Under the pieces are notes generated by a model. It was not told where the DNA came from and did not search any database. It saw only the letters and a program-made list of their open reading frames with translations. From the human T2T-CHM13v2.0 reference genome, Homo sapiens: DNA of 64,000 nt. Position numbers and translations under genes: made by a program. The stretch lies in the NCBI RefSeq assembly GCF_009914755.1, contig NC_060939.1. One strand, written 5' to 3'. Shown piece after piece: positions 13,997 to 26,149 of this stretch (positions are counted from its first letter, which is position 1; each line of letters opens with the position of its first letter).

Positions 13997-15374
13997 ACCA
14001 TTGCTGTCAGTTGAGATGGGCCTGTGCGGCACTTTGTTTGCAGTTGATTGGCAATCTTCTGTTCTACTACTGCATCTGAATCATCACTTGCTTCCACCAG
14101 TTCTCTGAATGTCTTACCTAGTGATCCTGGTGGGGAAATTACAGTGATTAGTGTTCCAATTCTTGTTTGCCCATAAGTGTTTCAAAGTAGTATTTTTAAA
14201 AACTCTTCTAAGACATTCTCTCTTCTCATAGTAGATGCAGTGAATCTTAAAGGTGCCCTAACTAAAATTTTTGTGCTATAAAATTGGCAGCTTTACAAAA
14301 TAAAAGGTTCGAGATATGAGCCTGATCAAGGCTCTGCATTTGCAACAATATCCTTGGTTTGCCTGGCCCTGTTATATTTTGCTGTTGTGATATGACTCCT
14401 GCCAGTGCTATTTCCATTTAACCTTTGTTTTTCTAAAAGACAGTAATAATTTTTCATTTCTAGGGAGTCTCTGACTTCAGCTAAAGGAAAGACACTTTTC
14501 TTTGACTGTATATACATTTCTCCCCATTTCATTAATATCAAAGTTGCTCTTTCAAATGGCTTATAAAATTTTAAAATTACACCAGTTGCATAAGCCTGCA
14601 TAAAAAGCAGACTCCTACATAAGCTGACAATGCATTTGTACCGTGGTGTTGAGCAGTTTTAACATCCTCCGTGCCTCTGTGCTTCTGCTAGCTACTGCTC
14701 TGATAAAGTTATCAAGGTATCATTGGATGCATTGACCAGGATGAAGACACAACAGTATGGCCTTATTAAATTTGGAAATAATGAACAGACGAGTAGAGAA
14801 TTTAGGAGCAATATAGGCAAGCTTAATAGGTCTTTACTTTGGGGCCTGTAACTCCAACTACATATGGAAGAATTTAAGTACAGGAAAAGTTAAGCTCTTT
14901 TCCCAGTAGTTCTGCTGACAAGTTGGGTGACTTCGGGATGGTTACCTCTTCATGATACCACACGGTGATGGTAACAGAGGCACTGTCCAGTCTCTGGTTC
15001 ATGCACACTGGTCTTCTCAGGGGTCCCTGTATAGGTGACACAGTGGAGAACAGGGCAGTACTGCCAGACTCAGGGACCCAGTTCATCGAGAGGGGCAGTG
15101 TTTCTCTTATGCTGCCTTAAAGGCATTGGATGCCTTTTGGAAAGCCAGTGGACAGCTCCTGCATCCACCCAAGATTAATGTTAACAGCTTAAAGAATCAT
15201 TGCAATCAAGGGAAATTTTGCAACACTTTGTTGGGATATTTTTAAATAAATGTGTGAACACCTTGTTTTAGGCTTGCTGAAAATGACCCAGGAATTCCTT
15301 GACCCGGGAATATAGTGTATGGCTGCCAATTATTATATTCCTTCATCAGACAAAGGCGGAACAGTTCACTCTTT

Positions 15375-15666
15375 TTCTTTTTTTTGGACACAAATTCTCA
15401 CTCCCTCACCCAGGTCAGAGTGCAGTAGCATGATCTCGGCTCACTGCAACCTCTACCTCCTGGGTTCAAGTGATTCTCATCCCTCAGTTTCCCAAGTAGC
15501 TGGGATTTCAGGCGCGTACCACCATGCCTGGCTATTATTTGCATTTTTAGTAAAGACAGGGTTTTACCATGTTGGCTAGGCTGGTCTCGAACTCCTGACC
15601 TCAAGTGATCCTTCTGCCTTGGACTCCCAAAGTGCTGGGATTAAGGTATGAGCCACCTTGCCCGGC
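15375..15666 (-). mobile_element. AluS-like SINE
   Basis: Full Alu. TSD acagttcactcttt (15361) / acagtccactcttt (15673). Confidence 0.9.
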
Positions 15667-15789
15667 TACCGGACAGTCCACTCTTTACAGGGGGGCGTCT
15701 TGGTATAAGTATGGAAAGCTCCGTAGATGCCATGTCAGTCCATACCCTCACCACCTTCTTGACCCTGTGCCGATAAACTAAGAGATGTG

Positions 15790-15990
15790 GGCAGTGTACC
15801 ATCTGGAAAGGAAAAGGCTTTGGAGCCAGGTAGTCCTGCCTGCATTTGAATCTGCTTTCTACCACTTACTTACATCAGGTTTTCCTTGTCTATAAAATGG
15901 AAGTCCTTGTACCCACCACCTAGAATGGAAGTGAGGATTAATCCAGACCAACGATGAAGAGTCCAGCATGCAGGAAATGCTCGTTTATAA
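15790..15990 (+). mobile_element. MIR SINE
   Basis: ggctttggagccagg...tttgaatctgctttctaccacttact...tataaaatgg...gtgaggatta. Confidence 0.65.
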
Positions 15991-16159
15991 CCATGGAAGT
16001 TTCGAGGACTTTTGAAATTCGATGACATTAACCTTTGAGGTGCATTTTAGTTGGCTTGTGTGATGAGGCCTTTCTACTTCTAGTTCCAGAATCGTCTGGA
16101 TCTACATTATGTGGGAATGTTTATTCCCCCCTTTACTTTCCCAAAATTTGCTAAACATT

Positions 16160-16550
16160 TTCATTGCTATTTGAGTTTTTTAGGAGACATACTGAGATGA
16201 AGTTAGGGATGTGAAAGGTTTACTGAGGATAACACCAATGAAAGGAAGAGAGGAGGAAGATGATGGGTGTGGGGAGCGGTTTGACCAGGACTCTGATAGG
16301 ACAGACACTCTGCCAGCCCTCCGGGAGCTCATTTGCAGAGCCCCCTGTTAGATGGATATAACCGGGCCCTGGGACCATTGCTGGGCTCAGTTACTGGCCA
16401 GGAGCTGCCTAGGAAGAGTGTGACCTAGGCCAAAAGTTGAAGTGGACCCTAGAAGAGCTAGCAGCTGGAGGGCATCTGCTAGTGACACTCTGGAGCTGGA
16501 CAGCAAGTCCTTTCTGAAAGAGGATCTGAGCTGAGTATCCCTGTGGTCCA
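16160..16550. mobile_element. Old ERVL-class LTR (LTR33/LTR41-like)
   Basis: catactgagatgaagttagggatgtgaaaggtttactgaggataacacc resembles the LTR33/41-type consensus. Subfamily uncertain. Confidence 0.45.
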
Positions 16551-17169
16551 GTATTTCAAGTTGGAACCTCTAGGTTTGAAAAATACATGTTTTGGGTGAG
16601 AGTTTGATTATTCTTAAAGGGACATATCTTTCAAACATATGGCTGTGGAAGAGGAAACTTGTTTTTGACTTGTAAAATACCAGCAGAGCCTTGCAGTGAT
16701 CACAACTTATGTGAAATACAGACCATCACCCACAGTTTACGTGTTCACACTAAAGTGCCAGTCTCTCTATGGGTTTTAGAGCTGATTTAGATACATGCAT
16801 TGCTAATACAGTCAGCCCAGCCAAGATAGTGCCATCCTCCGCAAGCATCCACTAAGGCATGGAGTCAGCTTCCGTCATTGTTAGATCAGTACTTGTTTCT
16901 TTCCCTTGCTTATTTTTCCTAACCTCTCTGAACCTGCTGTGTTGGAAGCTTAAGGAACATCATCCTCTGTTGGGCAGAATTCTTCCATGGCCACCCCAGC
17001 ATTATGCCCCACACCATTTGACTTACTCATTTGTGAATGCCAACTCAGAATGTATTGCTTTGATTCTTGATTAGGATCTCAACCTCTATTTATTGTTAAG
17101 ACTATCACCCTTTGATTCCCCCCCATCCCATTGTGTCCTTCTAAAGGCACAGAATAGAACATCTTCTGC

Positions 17170-18560
17170 CAGAAATAACATACAAATTTATCATCATACA
17201 ACTGTACAATATGCAAATAACTTGCTAGATGATATTACTGAAGATTCTACATCCAATTAAAATAAAGAGAGAAAACACCTTAAGATAACCATACTATTAA
17301 AAGATACAGAAGACAACTGGAATAAATGGAAAGACATACCACATTTATTAGACAGGAATAATCATCATTAGCAAGATGGCAAGATGTCAGTTCTCCGTAA
17401 GTTTTTCAATTTAATATAAATCCAAATACAACAGATTTTTTTCTTTTAGTTAGATTCTGAGGTTATCATTAAAACAAAAACAAACAAACAAAAAACTGAA
17501 CAAGAGCAAGGAGTCCTTACCAGGTATTAAAAACTTCCATAGTGCCTAAATAATTAAAATAGTGAGATACCAATAGATGAAGAGACAGACCAATGGAACA
17601 GAATAGAAAGTCCAAATGTAGATGCAAGTACCTGTGGAAATTTAGTTATTCGATAAAGGTAGCTTCACAAATCATTGGGACTAAGATAAACTCTTGATTT
17701 ACTGGATTGGGGCATGTAAATTATGGCCCAATCATGCCATGTTTCTTTTCTCTGGAAAAGAAAGTAAATTAGGTTCATACATTATACCATGTACCAGGCT
17801 AGACTCCAAGTGAATCCAAGGTAAAAGTGTAAACAAAACTATGAAAGTCCTGGAAGAACACATAGCGAGTTCCTTTTTATAACCTTGGAGCAGAGAAAGC
17901 CTTTCTAGTTTCAACTCAAAATCCAGAAGCCAGAAAAGAAAACATTCATAAAAATTGAATTTAAATTACAAAAAAACTTTCTGCATGGCCAAAAACCATA
18001 AGCAAAGACAGATGCCAAACTGAGAAAAATATCTGAAACTTCTATCACAAAGAGCTAATCTCCCTTGTTTAAAAAAACAAAGTAAAACAGAGCTCCTAGA
18101 AATTGTTAAGGAAGAGGCTAACAGTTCAATAGGATTTGGGATGAAGTATTGAACAGATAGCTCACAGAAGAAGAAACACAAATAGCTAAGCATAGAAAAA
18201 AAGTTTGATTTCACTCATACGAGAAATGCAAATTAAAACTACACCAAGATACCATTTTTTCACTTCTCATATTGGAAAAAATCCAAAATATTTGATAACA
18301 CACTCTTTGGAAAACAACCCCACATGGCTGGGAGGACGGCAGAATAGCACATCTATAGAGGAGAATTTGGCAATATCTCTCAGGTTATAAACACGTATTC
18401 TTTGACCCACCAATCTTAGAGGGGGCATTTACCCCATAGACTTGCACACATGTGAAATGACAGTTGTGCAGTTGTTCATTGTAGTGTTTCAAATGGCAAA
18501 AGATGAAAATGTCCCCCAAATTCCATCACTGAGGGAATAAGTAAGTTAGGGTGATAGCTC
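17170..18560 (+). mobile_element. Old L1M fragment (end of ORF2 and 3' UTR), degraded
   Basis: aataaatggaaagacatacc, gaccaatggaacagaatagaaagtcca and gaaatgcaaattaaaactaca are L1 ORF2 hallmark segments. The ORF track shows LIREMQIKTT. Confidence 0.85.
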
Positions 18561-20559
18561 CCAAGCTTATTTTCTCTTCAGAATCACCTCATGAAGAAAA
18601 TGAAGGTCTGTGTGATAGTAGCTGGCAGGTGGGCATGGTGGTGAGGGTGGTGTTTGAGCGGAGACCTGAATGAAGGTTGAGAAGGAGCCAGCCACTCACA
18701 GACACAGAGGAGGCCTTCAGGCTGAGAGAGCAGAGAAGGACCCTGTGGCAGAGACAAGCTGGAAACAGCACTGCTTCCATGGTCTGGAGACTGGAATATG
18801 TGGGTTCTGCAGACACCTGGGGGGGGCACCACCTGGTAAATCTGCCTTTCAGCTCTTGGTTCTTCCAGCAAACCATGCCAGCTGTGGCTCTGTAGCCATG
18901 TCCTCGGAAGATGGCAGAGGTTGCAACGAGGCCTCTCTGAGGTGCTCTGGGAGCACAGAGGAGTCAGGTGGAACTTGTGGCATGTTGCCAAGGGAAGAAG
19001 TGATTTTTAGACAGAATAGGAATTTGCCAAGAAGAGAAGTCAGAAAAGCATAACTGGCAGAGGAAGCAGCATACGTTACAAGTAACTGCATGTGTACAGG
19101 GAATCACTGAGTGATGGACAAGGGCTTGGCACTTGGTGGGGGGGGGTACCATGTTAACATGTTAGCAAGAAACTAGGTAGGGGTACTTGACTTGGGGGCA
19201 GCAGAAGCAGGTGTGAGTGTTGGACAAGACGAGAACTGAGTGCTGCAAATGTTTGGCAAGACTCTGTGTCTCCACTGGAGACACAAATTAGAATATAACA
19301 CCTTGCCCTGGTATGCTCAGGGTCTACTGAGGTGGAGAAACCTGCAAGTAGAGTCGGAGTACAGTGTTGAAAACACCATCTGCAACCTTAACACAGTGCT
19401 ACCAAAACCGATTTCGGAGCACTCCTGCAGGAAGTGGGCTGGCCAGGGCAAGGGAAGCCGTGGAGAACAGTGGCCTCTCCCGGGCAGGCAGGGTAAGGCC
19501 TAGAAAGAATAAGCTGAGTGAAGGTTTGTGTGTGGCCCATCCAGGGACCTGCGACAGGAACACAGCGGCTGAGGAACGGATGCTTGGAGAGGAGGGGGTG
19601 CTTTACATGCCAGGCGGGCAGGGCCGGGGTGGGGCCAGATGCTGGAGGAGAGGGCTGGCCAAGGGGTGGCAGAGAGGCCCCCCAGGTGGCAAGTTTGCAC
19701 CCTGTTGCTTCCTGCAAGGAGCTTTTGTTTACGTTTTCAGCTTGGACAGTCTGGCTGTCTGGCCAAGAGTGACAACGTGACTTACCATCAGAGCGAAGCA
19801 CCAAAGAGCACATAAATGAAGTGGAGATCCCTCCTGTGTCCAGCCTCCCCCTCCCCGTGGCCTTCTCCTACCTTCCCAGTCCTCCATCAGTACCCCGGGG
19901 CCTTGCCAGAATCTCAGAAAGAATCTCTGGACTCTGGCTCAGGACCTCTGAGGTGATTATGCATCTAGAGGCATCCCCAGGTGCTGCCCAATTTGGGGAA
20001 GCAGCACTTCCCGCTGGAAGCTGGGAAGTTTCCCCTGGCTGGGGGTCCTGTGAGGATGGAGAGGCCAGAATGAGGAATGGGTTGTGAGTCAAGACCAACC
20101 AGAAGGGGACTTAGCAATGTCAGATGATAGCCTGGGTGAACTACATCCTGTGTGGAAAAGGCAAGGTGTAACTGCTTATTTCTTGTCAAGTGAGCCTAAT
20201 ATCATCATGTTTCTTTTTATGCCTGCTCCCAAACTCAGCCCCTCCCAGTGAGATCACAGCTCCAGGAACTTGCAAGGAAAGGGACTAACGGGGCATCTGA
20301 TTCACCCGTGTGCCCTTAATGGCGTATTGTGTGAATAAAGCAACAATTTTTAGTACAGGGATTTAAAACAACTTCTGCAAAGACAGAACTAAAAATTAAT
20401 CTTAAAAGGTGGAGGGTTGGGGTGGAGGGCAGGAAAGAGGAGGAACTAAATTGCCATTCTCTTTGGAGACTTTCTAAAACCTAAGACGAAGAAGAGGAGC
20501 CGAATTATGGAAACAAAACCTTTGCGGTTTTCCACAGAACAAAAATGATGTGAAGCTGC

Positions 20560-21200
20560 AAGTCAGCAGTTCTGGCGCAGGGGCTCCGGGGGACGCCCGC
20601 TCCGCCGGCTGTGGTGTGCGCCCTTCCTGCTCTCCCCTCCGAGGGGCTGAGGCTCCTTTTGTCTGGCGCGCGCGCCCCACCCCGCCCCGGGCGAGGGAAG
20701 AGGGAGCGGGCACCCCGCGCCCGCGCCGCCGCCGTGGACCAAGGTTGTTTACTACTTTCCACTCCGAATAACACGCCAATCACCAGGGCCCACCCTCCCC
20801 GCAGGCCAATCGCTGCGTTGGGAAATTCCACCTTTCCGCGGGGCCCGGGCAGCGACTGGCTGGAGTGTCTGTCAGTCAAGTGGGCATCCCGCAAGGATGC
20901 AGCAGGAGTATTAGGGAGGCGATCACCAGAGCAGAGGAGGAGTAACCTTCCCCATAAACAAGATGTGTTCCCCCCACTAAGAAAGCGGGTGGAGGGTGGA
21001 GGAGCCAAAACACATCCCAGCCCCGGGGCCCCACCGGAGCGAAGCGGGCCGAGCGCAGAGTGCAGAGTCGGGGAATCCCTCCCTCCGCCTCCCGCCGTCG
21101 CTGCAGTTGTAAACACGTTTCCCTCCATGTCTGTTTTCCCTTCTCTCTCACCGTGGCCATTACGGGCTGCTGTTTACAAAAATCCTGCAGGCCTTTGACA
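20560..21200. promoter_or_regulatory. Intragenic CpG island, promoter-like element
   Basis: Sharp rise in GC and CpG (e.g. ggcgcgcgcgcc, cgcgcccgcgccgccgccg). GC box CCCCGCCCC 20680-20688. CCAAT at 20776 and 20806. GGGAAATTCC 20820-20829 and GGGGAATCCC 21070-21079. FOX motifs at 20746, 21109 and 21171. Confidence 0.75.
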
Positions 21201-24200
21201 CCCCGTCCTCCCTTCCCCCGGCATCCCTGCCCTTATTCTGGCTTTCTTCTCTTCCATCTCCTGGTGAGCACAGCATACTGTTCTCAGGCTTGTTTTCCTT
21301 TTATTGCTCTCCATGTGGGACAGGTCATGCTTTATCAACATGTACCATTTTCTACAAATGCCGCCCTTCCTCTTTAAATTGCTTGGATGGGCAGATCGAT
21401 TTTGATTAGCAACACTGCAGCAGAAACAAGGTGCATCTCTGGAAGGACTGGGTGGTTTTCTCGTTATTGTTGCTGGTTTGGGTCACATCGGATGCTATTT
21501 TAAATTCTGTGTTTTATTCCACGATGGGTCTTGAATCCTTTCCCTATTCCTAGGTTTGAAATATGTTTCCTCCCTTTAAAAAAAAGAAGGGGGGCAGTAT
21601 TGTGTTGAACCAAATGTTTTTCTACCTTCTCCTGTGATCTGAATCAGGTTTCCCATTTCCAGCAGTACAATGTGGTTGTATTCAGTGTGATAGGGGCGTA
21701 GTGGACATGAATTATTTGCGACAGGGCTGCCTGGAAGATGCGGAGCGGAGTTTGCGTGGCCCGGAGCAGCTCCAGTGTCTGAGGCTTCTCTGTGTCACAG
21801 GCTCCAAGCAGGAAGCGCAGGCAAAATGGCAAAACACAGCATGTGGCATTCAGTTCAAAAATGCCCTTTTTTAGAAGTCGGTATTCTAAATGACATCCAG
21901 TCTTGCTTAGTTTTTTAAGAGAAAGGAAAAATAATCTATGAAGATGGTTTGGAATATTTTGTGAAAAGCCTTTTCAGCATAAAAAAGATGATCTTGAGGG
22001 TCTGGTTTGCGGAGTGGAGGATAAGCCTCCCTCCTGCGATTCTGAATTGCTTTTTGGTTTGTAGGAATTTCAGGAACATGTTGCAAAGCCGTGGCCGCTT
22101 GAAAGGGTCGGTGCCCTGCGCCCCGTCTCAGCCCCTGCGGCCCCTGAACTTTTTCAGTGATGGGGCACTTGGGGAGAAGTGCGGGGAGTGGAGGAGGAGG
22201 GGAAGGTGCATTGCAAATAGAAATGTAAGGCGTGGCCTGGGTGGCCAGGATGTGCCAGAGCAGCCTCCAGACCTACTTAAATCCCAGGAAAAGTCCTGCC
22301 TCAAGTTAGGCACAACATCTGACTTGGATTTCTCTCTGTTTTTTTCTCTTCCAGTTGTCTGTCTGTGCGCCCTCTCCCACAAGGAATAGTTTTCCACACT
22401 GATGGAATTAATGCATATCGTGGTATTATTGGTGGAATATGTTTAACCTTTGTTTCGTGATTTGAGAGGAATGGTTCTTGTGTATCGTGTGGTGACAGCA
22501 GGTTAAGGAGAGTGTCAGAGCTGGTGCAGAGTTTTGCCCCGGGGCCATGAGGTTCTGGGCATCATGACTCTCTTATGAAGTTACAAAACTGGGCAAGTGA
22601 TTGAAGGCAGAAAGACACTGTAATAAAGTGTGCTCCAGTGATGTGTGCTCCGGCTTCTCTCCCTTACTCATCTGGGCCAGGTGCTTTCGCCACAGTGAGC
22701 CTGGGTGTCCCCTGCCTGAGATGAGCACAGTGATGTCTATGCGAGGTTGTAGGACTCAGTGAAGTGCCTTAGGGATTTTGCCTGGCACTCTCCTGGGCTC
22801 ATGAGGTGCCTAGGGCTGAGACTTCCCCTTCTCTGTCTGGTAAATCATCTCTCCCATTCTTTCTTCTGCGGCCCTTCATATGAGCTTTGTAATTTACTCA
22901 GGGTGGCAGGGTGAATTCATCTTTTGCTGGGTTTCTGCATCACCTGCTCCTTTCTGGCCAGGTCAGCCTGTTCATTTTTTCCATGCCAACAGCCTCTAAG
23001 TGCCAGTAAGTCACGTCTGAACAACCAAAGCATGTTTCCCTGCGGGAGAATGCCAGGGCAGGCGGGTCTGGGAGCCAAGAGGATTTCTCCTGTTCAGATA
23101 AGTCGGGGGAATAGAAGAGCCCTGTGACTTGAGACAAGCTTTGAGTGACACCCAGTGAATCTCCCATCACTACTTTAATCCCTGCCCCAGTGTTCTGGTT
23201 CCCCCTTTCCTGCATGAGGCAGTACGAGTACCCTGGCCTGGCTTTGGGTTCTACACGGTCTGACTTTAGCCTGCCTTGGTCTTTGTTCCCCTCTCACTCC
23301 CTCCACCCCTGCCCCCCCCAACACATGTGGAGTACCTTACCCTGCCTTCCTAGTTCTGGAATGGCTGCCCCTGTGCCAGGCCACCCCATTTTCTAGAACC
23401 ACCTTCATACAGCCCCTGCGCATCCCACTGTACTATTTCCTTGTTTGTTTTTCCTGTCAATCTTGCCTTCCGCGCTAATGGGACACTGATGCTGTATGGT
23501 GATGTGTTCTCCCACAGTCATCTTCTCCTCCTGTGGTTGGGGTGGGGAGCTTTCTCTGTGTCCCCCCATGAGAGTGAGGACAGTCTCATTTAATGGCACC
23601 ATGGTCTGTGGAGCCAGGCAGGCCTGTGTGTCTGACTCCACTTCAGCGCTCTCAGCCAGCGTGGGCACCTCGGACCCAGACAGACGCCCCGAGCCTGTCT
23701 TTCTGGAGAAGGAAGTAGTAATACCTTTTCCTTGAGGGAGTTATGAGGATTAACTGTGCCTGGCCCTGAATTCGTGCCTTGCAGGTACTTAGGAAGTGAG
23801 TTATTACAAGCAGTGCTTTTTATCATCCATAGATGGAGATGTTATCTACGCTATAGGACTGCAGAAAGAATTACAGAGAATTATGTAGAATCACTAGGGA
23901 CTTGATTAATATTTGTTTACCTTTCCCCCACATGGATTGATGTCCTTTATTATACTTTTGTACCCCCGCTTGGCAAGCCCTTGACAAATATTGATCCAAC
24001 AAAAAATTAGCTCTTTAATGTATACGTTTAGAACCTGTTGCTTTGTCAGTAGTGGTTTTTATGAAAATGAATGCTTATAGGTCAGACTTCTGGAAACCCT
24101 AATCTGAGGGAATTGGGCCAAATAGGAAAGTGAGCCCCTTAAAGGCAGTTGTCTGACCAGTACTTGGAGCACAACAGGTTCTTGCTAAAGCACTGTGTTT

Positions 24201-24699
24201 TTAAAACAGTGGAGTTATTAGGTTGAAATTCTGAATAGCAAGAAAAAGAATAATGGAAGTGCTGCCAGCCCCGTGATGCTGGTGCAGCTGGTCAGTTTGC
24301 AGAAGGAGGCCAGTTACTAGAGCAGAGTGGCCGTAGAGGCTGCAACACGGTGGCCAAAGCATGAAGCTGCTGTATAGTGGCAAGGTCACAGTGATTTCCC
24401 CGCAGCCTCGGTTTAGAGGGAGACGGGGTGTGCTGAGCTGTGCCTGCTTCTGTAGAAGGGGCCTTCTCCAAGTCTGAGTAGCCTTAAGCCATTAGGACTG
24501 CTGAGTCTTTCTCCACAAAAATATGTGGGAGGCCTGCAGGGCAGGTGCTCAACTAAGCTCTGGGGCTGCAAAGATCCAGAGCCATGCCCCTCCTTGGAGG
24601 CAGGTCCTTGTAGACGAGGACAATCGTAGCCTTCCTGATTAAAGCAGGAATTGTCCAATCAGGCTATATGACGGGCATCGTCCATAGTCTTCACCAGGG

Positions 24700-24880
24700 G
24701 AGCTTTTCTGACTATACATCTCTAGCCCTGTGGCTTGAGCCAGTCACTTAATTTCCCCTGAGCTTTGGTTTCCTCCTCCTGGTAGCAGAGAGACTATCAG
24801 AGTGAGGGGCAGATGCAATAGCATATGTAAAACACTTAGCGTTGGGCCTGGTGTTTAACTGCAATAAATGTTAGCTCATA
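24700..24880 (+). mobile_element. MIR SINE
   Basis: gtcacttaatttcccctgagctttggtttcctc...gcatatgtaaaacacttagc...aataaatgttagct. Confidence 0.7.
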
Positions 24881-25580
24881 TTTTACTGTGACATAGATGC
24901 TGTATGCCTTTTGCTGAGTATTAAAGATACTGAGCTGTAGCATGCATACTTGCATGAATCAGTCTGCTAAGTTATTTTAAGTTTGCATTTGAAAATAAAG
25001 GGTGGATTGCTATCCAAATATAAAGAATTGGAACCAGGCTCTAAAAGGATGTTTGCTGTTCTTTAGCAAAATACCATTCTTCTTAAGTTTCATTCAATCA
25101 TTCCACAAAAATTTAAGCATCTGTTTTGTCCCAGGCAGGCACTGTGCTTGTAATGGATGTGCAATAGCAAACAGAACACTTGCTTTCAGCTCACACAGAG
25201 CTGACTCCTGGGCAGAGAATTTCGACAGTAAAGAAATACAAGTGTGATGAAGGAGAAACCCTTTGGTACTACCTGCTACATGTTTTAATATTTAAATGTT
25301 GACTTAGGGAGGTCTTTCCATCTAAAAATAATGATTTGCCCTTTCTCCTGTAAATGACCCCTTTCTCTTAAGTTTTGGGTGAGAGATTTTTTTTTTTTAA
25401 GGAAGAAAGATATTCTACAATCGAATGTACAACTGAGATAATGCTTAGGAGAGAATGTATACTGGGTTTGTGCCTTGGAAGTTGCTTAGGGGAAACAGTT
25501 GTGTGCAGTTGGAAAGCTGATGCTTTAAAGAAGCTTCTATAAAGTGACCCCACAATTAAACTGTTTTGTGTACATCTTTA

Positions 25581-25943
<363 letters not shown>

Positions 25944-25947
25944 TAGT

Positions 25948-26149
25948 CTAGCACCGTCCAGTGGAAGTTTCCACCATGATGGACTGTTCTGTGGATGCCC
26001 TGTCCAGTACAGGAGCCGCTAGCCACATGTGGCTATGGAGCACTTGAAATGTGGCTAGTGCTACGGAGGAACTGGATTTTGGATTTTTTTAAAGTTTTAA
26101 TTTAAATTTGAATAGCTACATGTGGCTAATGGCTACTGGACATCACAGA
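25948..26149 (+). mobile_element. MER3 (hAT-Charlie DNA transposon)
   Basis: ctagccacatgtggctatggagcacttgaaatgtggctagtg...gaggaactg...tagctacatgtggctaatggctac, with the internal palindromes typical of MER3. Confidence 0.8.

Noticed and set aside
13660-14108. Five Pro/Ser/Leu- or Glu/Gly/Arg-rich ORFs
   Set aside because: Artefacts of the CCT low-complexity tract, which lacks stops in all frames.
20474-21377. 195-aa and 207-aa overlapping ORFs in the CpG island
   Set aside because: Long ORFs are expected in GC-rich DNA. Composition is Ala/Gly/Pro/Arg-rich with no domain resemblance.
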